A stretch of 64,000 nucleotides of DNA from an uncultured Pseudomonadota bacterium. Its GTDB lineage: Bacteria > Oederibacteriota > Muellerivitia > Muellerivitales > Muellerivitaceae. Positions 21,579-30,002 of this stretch are shown here, one piece after another. The stretch spans positions 416,001-480,000 of the forward strand of contig CAWJKT010000004.1 of the NCBI GenBank assembly GCA_963843375.1. The letters run 5' to 3'. How positions within the stretch are numbered: the first letter of the stretch is position 1; each line of letters starts with the position of its first letter. Made by a program: the position numbers and the translations under genes. Below the pieces are notes generated by a model. The model was given only the letters and a program-made list of their open reading frames with translations. It did not search any database and had not been told where the DNA came from.

Positions 21579-21638
21579 ACTCAGGGGCTTAAATTCCATC
21601 GAAGAGAGATGTCCGCAAAATGATTAAGAAGTAAATGA

Positions 21639-21654
21639 TGCAAATAACACGCCA
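21639..21654 (-). promoter_or_regulatory. sigma54 promoter (pirin)
   Basis: Minus strand TGGCGTGTTATTTGCA. Confidence 0.75.
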
Positions 21655-21706
21655 ACAGCTTCTGGTTTCTTTTATCTGCTTTTTTGATGATTGAGATTGC
21701 CGAAGG

Positions 21707-21740
21707 TGTCAAAACGAGAAAAAAGAATATCGTTTTGATC
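21707..21740. promoter_or_regulatory. Bipartite enhancer motif, copy 2
   Basis: TGTCAAAACGAGA-N8-TATCGTTTTGATC. Confidence 0.75.
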
Positions 21741-21889
21741 TATCCGAGGTTCACCCATTGTGAGGCGGTCAGGATTTCAATGAGCCATGAGGGTGTCAAT
21801 TAACCTCTTTACTGTTAGGAGGATGATTTCCTCATGTTGGGGATAGCTGGAAACTCTTACAGAAATGTTTTCTGCGATTCTTTGAGCTT

Positions 21890-22585
21890 TCAAAGCTTAT
21901 CCATCCAATCTTTCAGGAACTCAGCATTTTTAACCATAATTTTTCTGTTTCCAGACGTAATAAGTCCCGCATTTTTTAAGCGAGAGAAGGTGCGGATACA
22001 AGTTTCCACGGAAGTTCCCGCCATGGAGGCGATGAGCTTTCGGGTTAACGGGATGGTGTCACCGAATTCTACCCCCATTTCCACTAGGACTTGGAGGAGG
22101 CGTTTCTCCGCGCTTTCCTGTGAAAGAATTTGCCTGTTCCTGGATTGGCGCAGTAATTTTGCGATTTCTGAAACGACGATCCTGCCCATCTCGGGGTACT
22201 TTCCCATGAGCGACTGGAAACTCCTGATGGGGAAGGACAATACGGTTGCGTCGCTTTCGGCCATGCAATCAAAGCCATAACTTCCGCCATTAAAGGCGGA
22301 TATCCCGAATAGACCCTTGGCTCCCACCATACAGAGGGTGGTATGCCGTCCCTCCTCCGAATGGTGGATTTCTTTAACATGGCCTTGTTTGACCAACCAG
22401 ACGAAATCCGCCTGGTCGTCCTCCCGGAAGATTGATTCCCGTCTCGCGTATTTTCTTACGAGCATATGTCTTTCGATTTCTTGGAGGTCCTCGAAAGAAG
22501 TGCTTTGGAAAATGTCCATGGTAATAAGGCGGTGCTTTTTTTCCGCCCATAAATTGACTGGCTTTATTTTCGTCATTGTTACCAT
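21890..22585 (-). CDS. Crp/Fnr-family transcriptional regulator
   Basis: cNMP-binding-like region (IFREDD...GHVK) and HTH LTRKLIASMAGTSVETCIR. Confidence 0.9.
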   Translation of the reverse strand: MVTMTKIKPVNLWAEKKHRLITMDIFQSTSFEDLQEIERHMLVRKYARRESIFREDDQADFVWLVKQGHVKEIHHSEEGRHTTLCMVGAKGLFGISAFNGGSYGFDCMAESDATVLSFPIRSFQSLMGKYPEMGRIVVSEIAKLLRQSRNRQILSQESAEKRLLQVLVEMGVEFGDTIPLTRKLIASMAGTSVETCIRTFSRLKNAGLITSGNRKIMVKNAEFLKDWMDKL

Positions 22586-22615
22586 GAATCCTCCTGATGT
22601 TTTACAGCATCCTAA

Positions 22616-23683
22616 TTAGGCCTTCAGAATTACCTTCAGGGCATTTTCTTTGGCGGCGTTGCCGAAGGTGTCATAAGCCTTCATAACATCGAAGAGGGAG
22701 AAACGGTGGGTCCCCATCTTTTTGGCGTCCAGTTTTCCGGACAGCAATACCTTGAGCAGCATGGGTGTTGTTACTGTGTCAACTAGGCGGGTTGTGATAG
22801 TGATATTGCGGTCCCAAAGTTTTTCCAGGTGCAATTCTACTGATTTGCCGTGTACACCTATATTTGCAACTCTTCCGCCGGGGGCAATGATGTTTTGGCA
22901 GGTCTCAAAGGATCCAGGGGTACCGACCGCCTCAATTGCGACATCCACCCCGTTGCCGTTCGTTAATGAATGGATACGATCTTCGACCTTTTCGTTCTTA
23001 AAGTTGATGGTGTGGGTTGCCCCGAAAGAGAGGGACATTTTCAGGCGGTTTTCATCCTGGTCGATCATGATGAGGCGGCCGGGCGAATAAAATTGGGCGG
23101 TCAACAGCGCCGCCAATCCGATGGGACCGGAACCGACGATAGCCACGGTGTCCCCCGGTTTTACCTGTCCGTTTAGAACGCCGCACTCGAATCCGGTGGG
23201 GAAAATATCCGAAAGCATCACCAGAGCCTCTTCGTCGACACCGTCTGGTGCGAGATAAAGACTGTTATCGGCGTGCGGGATGCGGACATATTGGGCCTGG
23301 GTTCCGTCGATGGTATAGCCAAGGATCCAGCCGCCGTCGCGGCAGTGGGAATACATCCCCCTTTTACAGTAGTCGCATTTACCACAGGAAGTGACACATG
23401 AAATGATCACCTTGTCGCCCTTTTTGAATTGGGTGACCCCGGTTCCGACTTCCTCAATGATACCAACCCCTTCATGGCCGAGGATTCGCCCGTCGATGAC
23501 GGCCGGAAGATCCCCTTTCATGATATGAAGATCGGTTCCACAGATAGTGGAAGTGGTGACACGGATGACCGCATCCGTTGTTTTCAGGAGGAGCGGTTTT
23601 GGTTTATCCTCCCAGCTTTTTTGGCCGGGACTGTGATAAACCAAAGCCTTCATGTTGGCGGTTACTTTCTCTTCTTTGAACAT
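22616..23683 (-). CDS. Zinc-dependent alcohol dehydrogenase (MDR family); alternative start 23653
   Basis: ICGTDLH, GHEGVG, CGKCDYC...C, LSDIFPTG, GSGPIG. Confidence 0.93.
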   Translation of the reverse strand: MFKEEKVTANMKALVYHSPGQKSWEDKPKPLLLKTTDAVIRVTTSTICGTDLHIMKGDLPAVIDGRILGHEGVGIIEEVGTGVTQFKKGDKVIISCVTSCGKCDYCKRGMYSHCRDGGWILGYTIDGTQAQYVRIPHADNSLYLAPDGVDEEALVMLSDIFPTGFECGVLNGQVKPGDTVAIVGSGPIGLAALLTAQFYSPGRLIMIDQDENRLKMSLSFGATHTINFKNEKVEDRIHSLTNGNGVDVAIEAVGTPGSFETCQNIIAPGGRVANIGVHGKSVELHLEKLWDRNITITTRLVDTVTTPMLLKVLLSGKLDAKKMGTHRFSLFDVMKAYDTFGNAAKENALKVILKA

Positions 23684-23776
23684 CGTTTTCTTTTTTTCCT
23701 TGGTCCTTTGTTTTATTCGTAATCGGAAAAGTGATTTCCCGCAGTGGATATACCCGAAATGATAATCGAATAAAAA

Positions 23777-23792
23777 AGCAAGAAATGAGCCA
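23777..23792 (-). promoter_or_regulatory. sigma54 promoter (ADH-Crp/Fnr operon)
   Basis: Minus strand TGGCTCATTTCTTGCT. Confidence 0.78.
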
Positions 23793-23854
23793 CACAAGAG
23801 CGGGTATTTAATTTGGCTTTTTGATATTCATGATGATTAGCGCGATTTGAGTGT

Positions 23855-23889
23855 GATCAAAACGAGAGCGAAGAACGATCATTTTGATC
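23855..23889. promoter_or_regulatory. Bipartite enhancer motif, copy 3
   Basis: GATCAAAACGAGA-N9-GATCATTTTGATC between divergent sigma54 promoters. Confidence 0.78.
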
Positions 23890-23991
23890 GCTGTTTCTGG
23901 CCAAGCTCAGCTGAAAATCTTGTTCGTGAAAGAAATCCTTTTTTTTACAGGACGCTTGAATATTTGACGCGTTCTTTCATCCACTGCGACG

Positions 23992-24007
23992 GGGTACGAA
24001 ACTTGCT
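23992..24007 (+). promoter_or_regulatory. sigma54 promoter (rhodanese operon)
   Basis: GGGTACGAAACTTGCT. Confidence 0.75.
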
Positions 24008-24049
24008 TTGACTTTAAAGGCGAGTAAAAATTCCAAATGAGGTGAAAGC

Positions 24050-24424
24050 ATGTCCATGAGCAAGGAAGCCGTCAAAGAAAAGATAAATGATAAGAATGTT
24101 GTGATATTGGATGTCCTGCCGGAAAGCGATTACGCGAAACTCCACATTGAGGGTTCGGAAAATCTTCCGCTAGGGCTCAACGCCAGCGATTTTGCAGAGG
24201 CGGTCGAGAAAAAATATGGAAAAGAAAAGTTCTTTATTACCTATTGCGACGGTCTGACCTGCAACGCGGGTCCCGACGCGGCCAAAGCCCTACAGAAAAA
24301 AGGGTTCAAAGCGAACGACTATGCCGGTGGCATCCAGGAATGGTCGCAAGCGGGTTTTCCCATCGGGGGAACGGAAGCGAAGAATACTGCGGCATCCTCG
24401 CCACTTCCGGTCGCGCCAAAGTAA
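24050..24424 (+). CDS. Rhodanese-like protein
   Basis: ILDV, HIEGS.NLP, TYC, YAGGIQEW..AGFP. Confidence 0.88.
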   Translation: MSMSKEAVKEKINDKNVVILDVLPESDYAKLHIEGSENLPLGLNASDFAEAVEKKYGKEKFFITYCDGLTCNAGPDAAKALQKKGFKANDYAGGIQEWSQAGFPIGGTEAKNTAASSPLPVAPK

Positions 24425-24510
24425 GTTTTTTAACCGCCGCGTTCCATTGAGGAACGGGGCTTTAATTATTACGAACATAAAAAGTCGGTTAATTCACAAA
24501 AAGAGGGATT

Positions 24511-25014
24511 ATGTTTTCGAATTTTAGAAAATCGGTATCGGTTGGGTTGATGACGGTGGGAACCCTTTTGTTGCCCTTGTGTTCTCGGGCGGACTCGGAT
24601 TATCACCCTACGAATGACAGGGGAAATTTTGGTCTGGGAGTGGAGGCTGGTGATCCGGGCGGTTGGGGCATTACAGGAAAGATTTGGGTCGATAGCGTGA
24701 ACGCTTTCGCTCCGGCTGTAAAGTTCAATGATGGCGGACCGGCCATTCTGCAATTGGATTACCTATGGCACAACTTCGACATCATCCGAATGGACAACGG
24801 CGAGATGCCCTTTTACATCGGATTGGGCGGAGATCTGCTGCTTTCCGACACCGTTCAAATCGGGGGCCGTATTCCACTGGGAATTTCCTATATTTTCGAC
24901 AAAAGGAATTTTCCGATTGATCTATATTTTCAGATCGTTCCGACCTTTTGGTTTTACGACAGCGGTGTGACTTTGGATTGGTATCCGGAAGCGGGGGCTC
25001 ATTTATACCTCTGA
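24511..25014 (+). CDS. Small outer-membrane beta-barrel protein
   Basis: Signal peptide, alternating Gly/aromatic strands (FGLGVEAG.P.G, PFYIGLG, GRIPLGI), C-terminal HLYL. Confidence 0.75.
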   Translation: MFSNFRKSVSVGLMTVGTLLLPLCSRADSDYHPTNDRGNFGLGVEAGDPGGWGITGKIWVDSVNAFAPAVKFNDGGPAILQLDYLWHNFDIIRMDNGEMPFYIGLGGDLLLSDTVQIGGRIPLGISYIFDKRNFPIDLYFQIVPTFWFYDSGVTLDWYPEAGAHLYL

Positions 25015-25034
25015 GGTAACGAAAGGGAGTGTTC

Positions 25035-25166
25035 GTGATTGCCACTCTCGCAGTTATTTTGCCGGTTTGTTGGGTGCTGGGGTTGATGACTTCAAAAACG
25101 GCGGGTGGATTTGTCCACGTTTTGTTAGTAATCGCGGTCAGTCATTTTTCGGTTCGCTATATCTGA
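25035..25166 (+). CDS. lmo0937-like (DUF5670) 43-aa membrane protein, not in ORF track
   Basis: VIATLAVILPVCWVLGLMTSKTAGGFVHVLLVIAV...; GGF.H.LLVIA signature; GGGAG RBS. Confidence 0.7.
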   Translation: MIATLAVILPVCWVLGLMTSKTAGGFVHVLLVIAVSHFSVRYI

Positions 25167-25247
25167 TCAAAAGGCCGCAAGGTTTCAGGAGAATTTATAA
25201 GTAGTAGTGTCGCAAAAGTCTCAAATAATAAAGATTGAAAGAAAGAT

Positions 25248-25808
25248 ATGGATATGAAAAAGCTTACTTTAGTGATTGGTTACTTGTTTCTTTTTGCTTT
25301 TGGAAATTCGTTCGCGATAGCCGATGGAGTTGCGCCTGGATTTCCATCTCCACAAATCGGGATTGAGGGTGGGTTTAACATTGCGAGCCTGAATGGCCCG
25401 GTGGGCGACGTGTTCGCTTCCCGTCTGGGGTTCGTGGGTGGGGCTTTCCTTAATTTGCCCTTTGGACCGACCCTGGCGTTTCAGCCTGAGCTTCTTTACG
25501 AACAGAAGGGCGGGGATGTAAATGGTAATCCCTACAGGCTGAATTATATGGAAGTTCCGGTTCTCTTGGATGTTACCTTTTTGGGGCCGCTGGGTATTCT
25601 TTTGGGGCCTGCATTTGCCGCCAATGTGGACAATGAGGGCGTGAGTAATCCCAATAGCACGGACGTGGGTCTGATTCTGGGCGCTCAATTGGATTTCTCC
25701 CGCTTTCTCCTCAGTGGTCGCTATGAAGTGGGACTGACTGATGTGAGTTCCAGCCAAAATATCCAAAACGGAACCTTCACCTTTCTGGCGGGATTTTCGT
25801 TTATTTAA
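25248..25808 (+). CDS. Porin-family / OMP beta-barrel protein
   Basis: GIEGGFNIAS, FQPELLYEQKG, LNYMEVPVL, GRYEVGL, C-terminal GFSFI. Confidence 0.85.
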   Translation: MDMKKLTLVIGYLFLFAFGNSFAIADGVAPGFPSPQIGIEGGFNIASLNGPVGDVFASRLGFVGGAFLNLPFGPTLAFQPELLYEQKGGDVNGNPYRLNYMEVPVLLDVTFLGPLGILLGPAFAANVDNEGVSNPNSTDVGLILGAQLDFSRFLLSGRYEVGLTDVSSSQNIQNGTFTFLAGFSFI

Positions 25809-25882
25809 AGAGAAACCTTGATTGGATAAATATTTTTGGATCGTGGAAGCGCACGATCCAATCATTAAAAAGGGGAAGGAAA

Positions 25883-26483
25883 ATGTACACCGCTAAAAAC
25901 TACGACCGGTTGTTGGGGCTCCGAGGGTTCAGCGACAAATTGCTCAAAGCCCATTTCAAGCTCTATGAGGGATACGTCGTCCACATCAATAAAATGATGG
26001 ATTTTTTAAAGGGAGCGGATAAGGAGACACAGGCCTATGACGAAGTCAAAAGAAGGTTCGCCTGGGAGTTCAACGGCATGCGGCTCCACGAGGCCTATTT
26101 CGGGAATATGACAACGAAATTTGATGAACTGGATCCGGACTCGGATTTAGGGCGCCCAGATCACTTCGTCATTCGGTTCGATGGAGGCCTGGAAGAAGGA
26201 TTTCAAGGCGGTCTCCAGCATGCGGGGCATCGGCTGGGCGGTTTTGGCTTGGGACCCGGAAGGGCAAAAACTCTTCAACGTTTGGATCAATGAGCACGAC
26301 GTAGGACACCTTTTTTATTGCATCTCCCTCTTGGTCAACGACGTCTTCGAGCATGCCTACATTGCGGATTACGGCTCAGAGCGGAAAGATTATATAGAGG
26401 CCTTTATGAAAGTGATTGACTGGACAGAAGTGCAAAAAAGATTTTCCGGAGTGGTCAAGTTGACTATTTCCCATGACTATTAA
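25883..26483 (+). CDS. Fe/Mn superoxide dismutase-like protein; one frameshift near 26155
   Basis: HFKLYEGYV, EFNGMRLHEAYF, then next frame FGSMEAW, GWAVL, DVFEHAY. Confidence 0.85.
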
Positions 26484-26763
26484 TCTTGAGGGGAATTGGA
26501 CCATCAAAAACTCAAGATCTTTTTCCAAAAGGAAAAACGTGGTTGATTCTTTGACGACGGGGGAAAGAGAGGTTGCGGCGGCTCTTTTGGCCCCCGGTTT
26601 AGTCGAGGGGAATTACCGCTATGACGCCACGACCGATCGGACTGAAATTCTATGGAAATGCTTGAAGTGCGGTGAACTTAAGCCTCGAATCAAATGGGTC
26701 CTAGGCCCTTGTCCCTCCTGTGGCGCCCCGAAATCCCAGTTTGTACTGGTGGATGAAGATTGA
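26473..26763 (+). CDS. Rubredoxin-like zinc-ribbon protein; start uncertain
   Basis: WKCLKCG...CPSCGAPKSQF..VDED. Confidence 0.65.
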   Translation: MTINLEGNWTIKNSRSFSKRKNVVDSLTTGEREVAAALLAPGLVEGNYRYDATTDRTEILWKCLKCGELKPRIKWVLGPCPSCGAPKSQFVLVDED

Positions 26764-26985
26764 TCCTAAAAACCATAAAAAACTATAACCAAATTTTTCT
26801 GGCCGCGCAGGCCAGTTCCGTTGCGAAGGTACCGCGGGTGGCGCCCGGTTCGGTGCCGCCCAAACTGAAAAAATATTTTTTGAATAAGAAGGGCCCCCGA
26901 AAAACAGCAAAAACCAATCACATCATTTGATTCGATTTCAAAAGTTTATTAAAAGCATCAAAAATTTAAATAAAAGGGGTGTTTT

Positions 26986-27570
26986 ATGTATCCGACCAAA
27001 GGTGTTTTAGCCGAAAAAGAAGCGATGGAGAAACCTATTTATCCTTTCAAACAGGATTCGAACGTAGAAGGCGGCAAAGGAAGGTCCATATACCCAACCA
27101 AAAATAGCCTTCCCGAAAGCGTCAGAATTCAAATTACAACGCTGTTGCAGGAACGCCTCGTCGACTCGATCGACCTGACACTTCAAGCCAAACAAGCCCA
27201 TTGGAACGTGAAGGGGCCCAACTTCATCGCTTTACATGAACTATTTGATAAAGTCGCAGAAGACGCAGAAACCTATGTGGATCTGATCGCGGAAAGAATT
27301 ATACAACTGGGCGGGGTCGCCGTGGGAACGCGGGGTCCGGTGGGAAAAAATTCAACACTGCCCGAATATCCGGTGACCATTTCCAGCGGCAAAGAGCATG
27401 TAGCGGCTATGTCCCATGCTTTGGCTTACTTTGGGGAATCGGTCCGTAAGGCCATCGGTCAAGCCACAGAGATAAACGATGCAGGTACTGCGGACATCCT
27501 CACGCAGATTTCACGAGCGGCGGATAAATTTTTGTGGTTCGTGGAAGCCCATGGCCAAGCTGCCCATTGA
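26986..27570 (+). CDS. dps: DNA protection during starvation protein
   Basis: KQAHWNVKGPNFIALHELFD, DLIAERI, TADILT, DKFLWFVEAH. Confidence 0.93.
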   Translation: MYPTKGVLAEKEAMEKPIYPFKQDSNVEGGKGRSIYPTKNSLPESVRIQITTLLQERLVDSIDLTLQAKQAHWNVKGPNFIALHELFDKVAEDAETYVDLIAERIIQLGGVAVGTRGPVGKNSTLPEYPVTISSGKEHVAAMSHALAYFGESVRKAIGQATEINDAGTADILTQISRAADKFLWFVEAHGQAAH

Positions 27571-27591
27571 TCAGGTGCGCACATTTCCGAA

Positions 27592-27607
27592 CGGCACGTT
27601 CCTTGCC
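27592..27607 (+). promoter_or_regulatory. sigma54 promoter (IS-interrupted lipoprotein gene)
   Basis: CGGCACGTTCCTTGCC, close to TGGCAC-N5-TTGC consensus. Confidence 0.75.
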
Positions 27608-27821
27608 TTAACCTTGTCTTGTTGATGCAGTCGAAAGGGCTGGCCTGAACCAAGAGCCAGCGCTTTACTTTGAGTTGGAGGTATTGAATGAAGTTAAGAA
27701 ATCTAGGTTTTTTATCGCTTTTGTTGGTGTTGTTTTCAACGTTTGGGTAGTGACTCATTTTGAATTCTTCATTGGCTTTTAAGAGCTTTTGCTTCAATCC
27801 TGCTCGCTGTATAATTCTCAC

Positions 27822-28067
27822 ATGCCAAGAGGACCACAAGGACAACAACGACCTGCTGACGTGATTGGAGCCGCCGTCATGGTGGCGAAAATAGCCACGG
27901 GTCAAATCATAGACTCAAAGCCGCTTGAAGGGTTGGAGTATGCCCAACGTGGTGGCCGTTTAGGTGGACGTAACCGAGCCAAACAGTTATCAGCCAAAAA
28001 ACGAACCGCAATTGCCAAGAAAGCCGCAAAAGCACGCTGGAATAAGAAGCCAAAACGTCACACGTAG
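27822..28067 (+). CDS. Small basic IS-associated protein (putative nucleic-acid binding)
   Basis: MPRGPQGQQRPADVIGAAVMVAKIATG...GGRLGGRNRAKQLSAKKRTAIAKKAAKARW; TATAAT 6 nt before ATG. Confidence 0.8.
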   Translation: MPRGPQGQQRPADVIGAAVMVAKIATGQIIDSKPLEGLEYAQRGGRLGGRNRAKQLSAKKRTAIAKKAAKARWNKKPKRHT

Positions 28068-28253
28068 CCATTAGGCCCATGATTGCACAGATAAGCGCTT
28101 TTCCTTAACTTTCATAACCGATAAATTAACTCCTAAACTCGTAAAAATAATCAGAAATAAGGCCTTTTACGTCCATTTTTGGCCCTTAATTTTATTGTCT
28201 TTATTTGGGTTTTGTTGATAATTGCGGATTAGGAGGTTTAAAGAGATGAAAAG

Positions 28254-28359
28254 AGCTAGATAGCCGTATCTAGCTGAGATGCGGCGACAAAAAGAAGGGG
28301 GAAGGTGAAACCGACTTCGCGAGAAGGACACCAACCCCCACTCAGCTACAAACTGAGTG
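28254..28359. ncRNA. Putative structured RNA inside the IS (strand unresolved)
   Basis: Three adjacent hairpins plus an alternative 8-bp helix TAGCTGAG/CTCAGCTA. Confidence 0.45.
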
Positions 28360-28471
28360 AACATTATTCCTTCCTGTTTTATTCCGCAACAATAAAATTT
28401 TTTAATTTTCTTTTCATTCATAAATCCCTTTTTTCATTAAGGTTTTAATCATAATTACAAAATGAACTATT

Positions 28472-28503
28472 TGCTTGACACTCAAGCATAAAATATTTAT
28501 ACT
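28472..28503 (+). promoter_or_regulatory. sigma70 promoter of transposase with palindromic operator over -35
   Basis: TTGACA (28475-80)-N17-TATACT (28498-503); TGCTTGA-cac-TCAAGCA palindrome 28472-28488. Confidence 0.8.
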
Positions 28504-28509
28504 ATGCCA

Positions 28510-29346
28510 ATGAACAAATTGCCTTTAGAAAAACGAATCCAAATTATCCAAATGCTCTGCGAGGGTTCTTCGTTGCGGTCCATTTCTAGGGTTGCGGATG
28601 TTTCATTCAACACCGTTTTAAAAATGGTAGTTACGGCAGGGCAAGCCTGTTCAGCCTATCACGATGCCCAGGTTAAGGGCATAACCAGCAAGCGGGTGCA
28701 ATGCGATGAAATTTGGTCGTTTTGCTATGCCAAACAGAAACAAGCCATACACCTTAAAAATCCAAATGCCGGTGATGTTTGGACCTGGACGGCCATAGAC
28801 GCCGACACGAAGTTAATTATTAGCTACATGGTAGGGAATAGGGACTCTGATTCGGCCATCTTACTCATGGACGATCTGCGGGGAAGGTTAGAAAACAGGG
28901 TTCAATTAACCACGGACGGCCATCATGCTTATTTAGACGCTGTAGAAGGGGCTTTTGGGGGAAATATAGATTATGCCCAATTGATTAAGATTTATGGCCC
29001 TTCTTCCGAAGCTGTCAAGGGTCGTTATAGCCCTGCCGAATGCACAGGAGCCCGTAAAACCCCAATTACTGGGAAGCCAGATAATGACCACATCAGCACG
29101 TCATACGTCGAGAGGCAAAACCTTAATATTCGCATGGGAATGAGGCGTTTTACCCGCTTAACTAACGCCTTCTCAAAGAAAATTGAAAATCATTGCTACG
29201 CTTTGGCCTTATATTTCATGTTTTATAACTTCGTGCGGATTCATACGACCCTAAAAGTAAGCCCTGCTATGGCTTCCGGTGTAACCAATAAACTTTGGGA
29301 AATGAAGGATTTAGCCACCATGATTGATGAATATTCGGTAAGTTAA
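28510..29346 (+). CDS. IS1-family DDE transposase (alternative start 28504)
   Basis: N-terminal HTH EGSSLRSISR; VQCDEIWSF, WTWTAIDADTKL, TTDG, TSYVERQN...RRFTRLTNAFSKK. Confidence 0.93.
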   Translation: MNKLPLEKRIQIIQMLCEGSSLRSISRVADVSFNTVLKMVVTAGQACSAYHDAQVKGITSKRVQCDEIWSFCYAKQKQAIHLKNPNAGDVWTWTAIDADTKLIISYMVGNRDSDSAILLMDDLRGRLENRVQLTTDGHHAYLDAVEGAFGGNIDYAQLIKIYGPSSEAVKGRYSPAECTGARKTPITGKPDNDHISTSYVERQNLNIRMGMRRFTRLTNAFSKKIENHCYALALYFMFYNFVRIHTTLKVSPAMASGVTNKLWEMKDLATMIDEYSVS

Positions 29347-29347
29347 A

Positions 29348-29527
29348 ATGCACTTCATCCATGATGTTTTGGTTTATTTGATAATAATTATGATTGTGGT
29401 TGGAGGTTATGGGACAAGTTCAGCGAGCCCAAAAAGAGCTAAAATATATACATTGCTGTTTGGATTGGGGTTTTTAGGTTTATTTGTGGAAACAATCTGG
29501 AATGCCTTTAAGGTGCTTTTTAAATAA
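29348..29527 (+). CDS. 59-aa two-TM passenger protein inside IS, not in ORF track
   Basis: MHFIHDVLVYLIIIMIVVGGYG...IYTLLFGLGFLGLFVETIWNAFKVLFK*; fills the gap between tnp stop and right IR. Confidence 0.55.
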   Translation: MHFIHDVLVYLIIIMIVVGGYGTSSASPKRAKIYTLLFGLGFLGLFVETIWNAFKVLFK

Positions 29528-29759
29528 CCCCAAATTCAAAATGAGTCACTACCAACGTTTGGAATGGGTTGCTATCCCTATCATCGTGGACCTGGAGTCG
29601 ACGTGACGGTTCACGACAACCGGTGGCATTATGACCATGATTATGACGATGGTTGGCGCGCGAACCATCCGTGGCATGCGGACCGGAATGACTGGGATCA
29701 TTGATCCCTGACGAAAAGGGAACGCTTTTGTTCCTGAAAAACGCAATGGTTTTGATCCG

Positions 29760-29792
29760 AACGCTCAACCCAGAGGGTTGGGCGTTTTTTTT
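29760..29792 (+). terminator. Intrinsic terminator after the lipoprotein gene
   Basis: AACGCTCAACC-CAGAG-GGTTGGGCGTT followed by T run. Confidence 0.75.
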
Positions 29793-29837
29793 GTCTTGCA
29801 GGAAGATGTTTCTGGAGAACGGGTCCAATTTGAAAGA

Positions 29838-29871
29838 AATCAAAACGGGAATTAAGAAGCTCATTTTGATC
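29838..29871. promoter_or_regulatory. Bipartite enhancer motif, copy 4
   Basis: AATCAAAACGGGA-N8-GCTCATTTTGATC. Confidence 0.72.
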
Positions 29872-29912
29872 GCTCTAATGACTGTGGTCCTTGGGATTAG
29901 GAAGGGGTTTAC

Positions 29913-29928
29913 GGGCCCATTTCTTGCT
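29913..29928 (+). promoter_or_regulatory. sigma54 promoter (sodC operon)
   Basis: GGGCCCATTTCTTGCT. Confidence 0.72.
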
Positions 29929-30002
29929 CTATCTATTCAAGTTGCCGACCAGCATTCCGTTGGTTTTAGCCGGTACCTGTTGTTCAAATGAACGGATCAT
30001 TG

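Larger units (their letters stand above)
27746..29553 (+). mobile_element. IS1-family insertion sequence, 1,808 bp, with passenger ORFs
   Basis: Perfect 21-bp terminal IRs GGTAGTGACTCATTTTGAATT (27746-27766 / 29533-29553); 8-bp TSD AACGTTTG (27738-27745, 29554-29561); DDE transposase; AT-rich interior. Confidence 0.93.
27688..29704 (+). pseudogene. 66-aa lipoprotein gene split by IS1 (parts 27688-27745 and 29562-29704)
   Basis: Removing the IS and one TSD copy gives an intact frame MKLRNLGFLSLLLVLFSTFGMGCYPYHRGPG...DWDH*; GGAGG RBS. Confidence 0.85.

Noticed and set aside
26836..26861. GC-rich hairpin upstream of dps as a riboswitch
   Set aside because: Single hairpin with no recognisable aptamer; probably a terminator or stabiliser
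28271..28312. Hammerhead ribozyme or group II intron domain V
   Set aside because: CTGAGAT does not fit CUGANGA, and the domain V pairing is absent
28167..28421. 84-aa minus-strand ORF inside the IS as a confident passenger gene
   Set aside because: No recognisable motif and it overlaps the structured region; left unresolved
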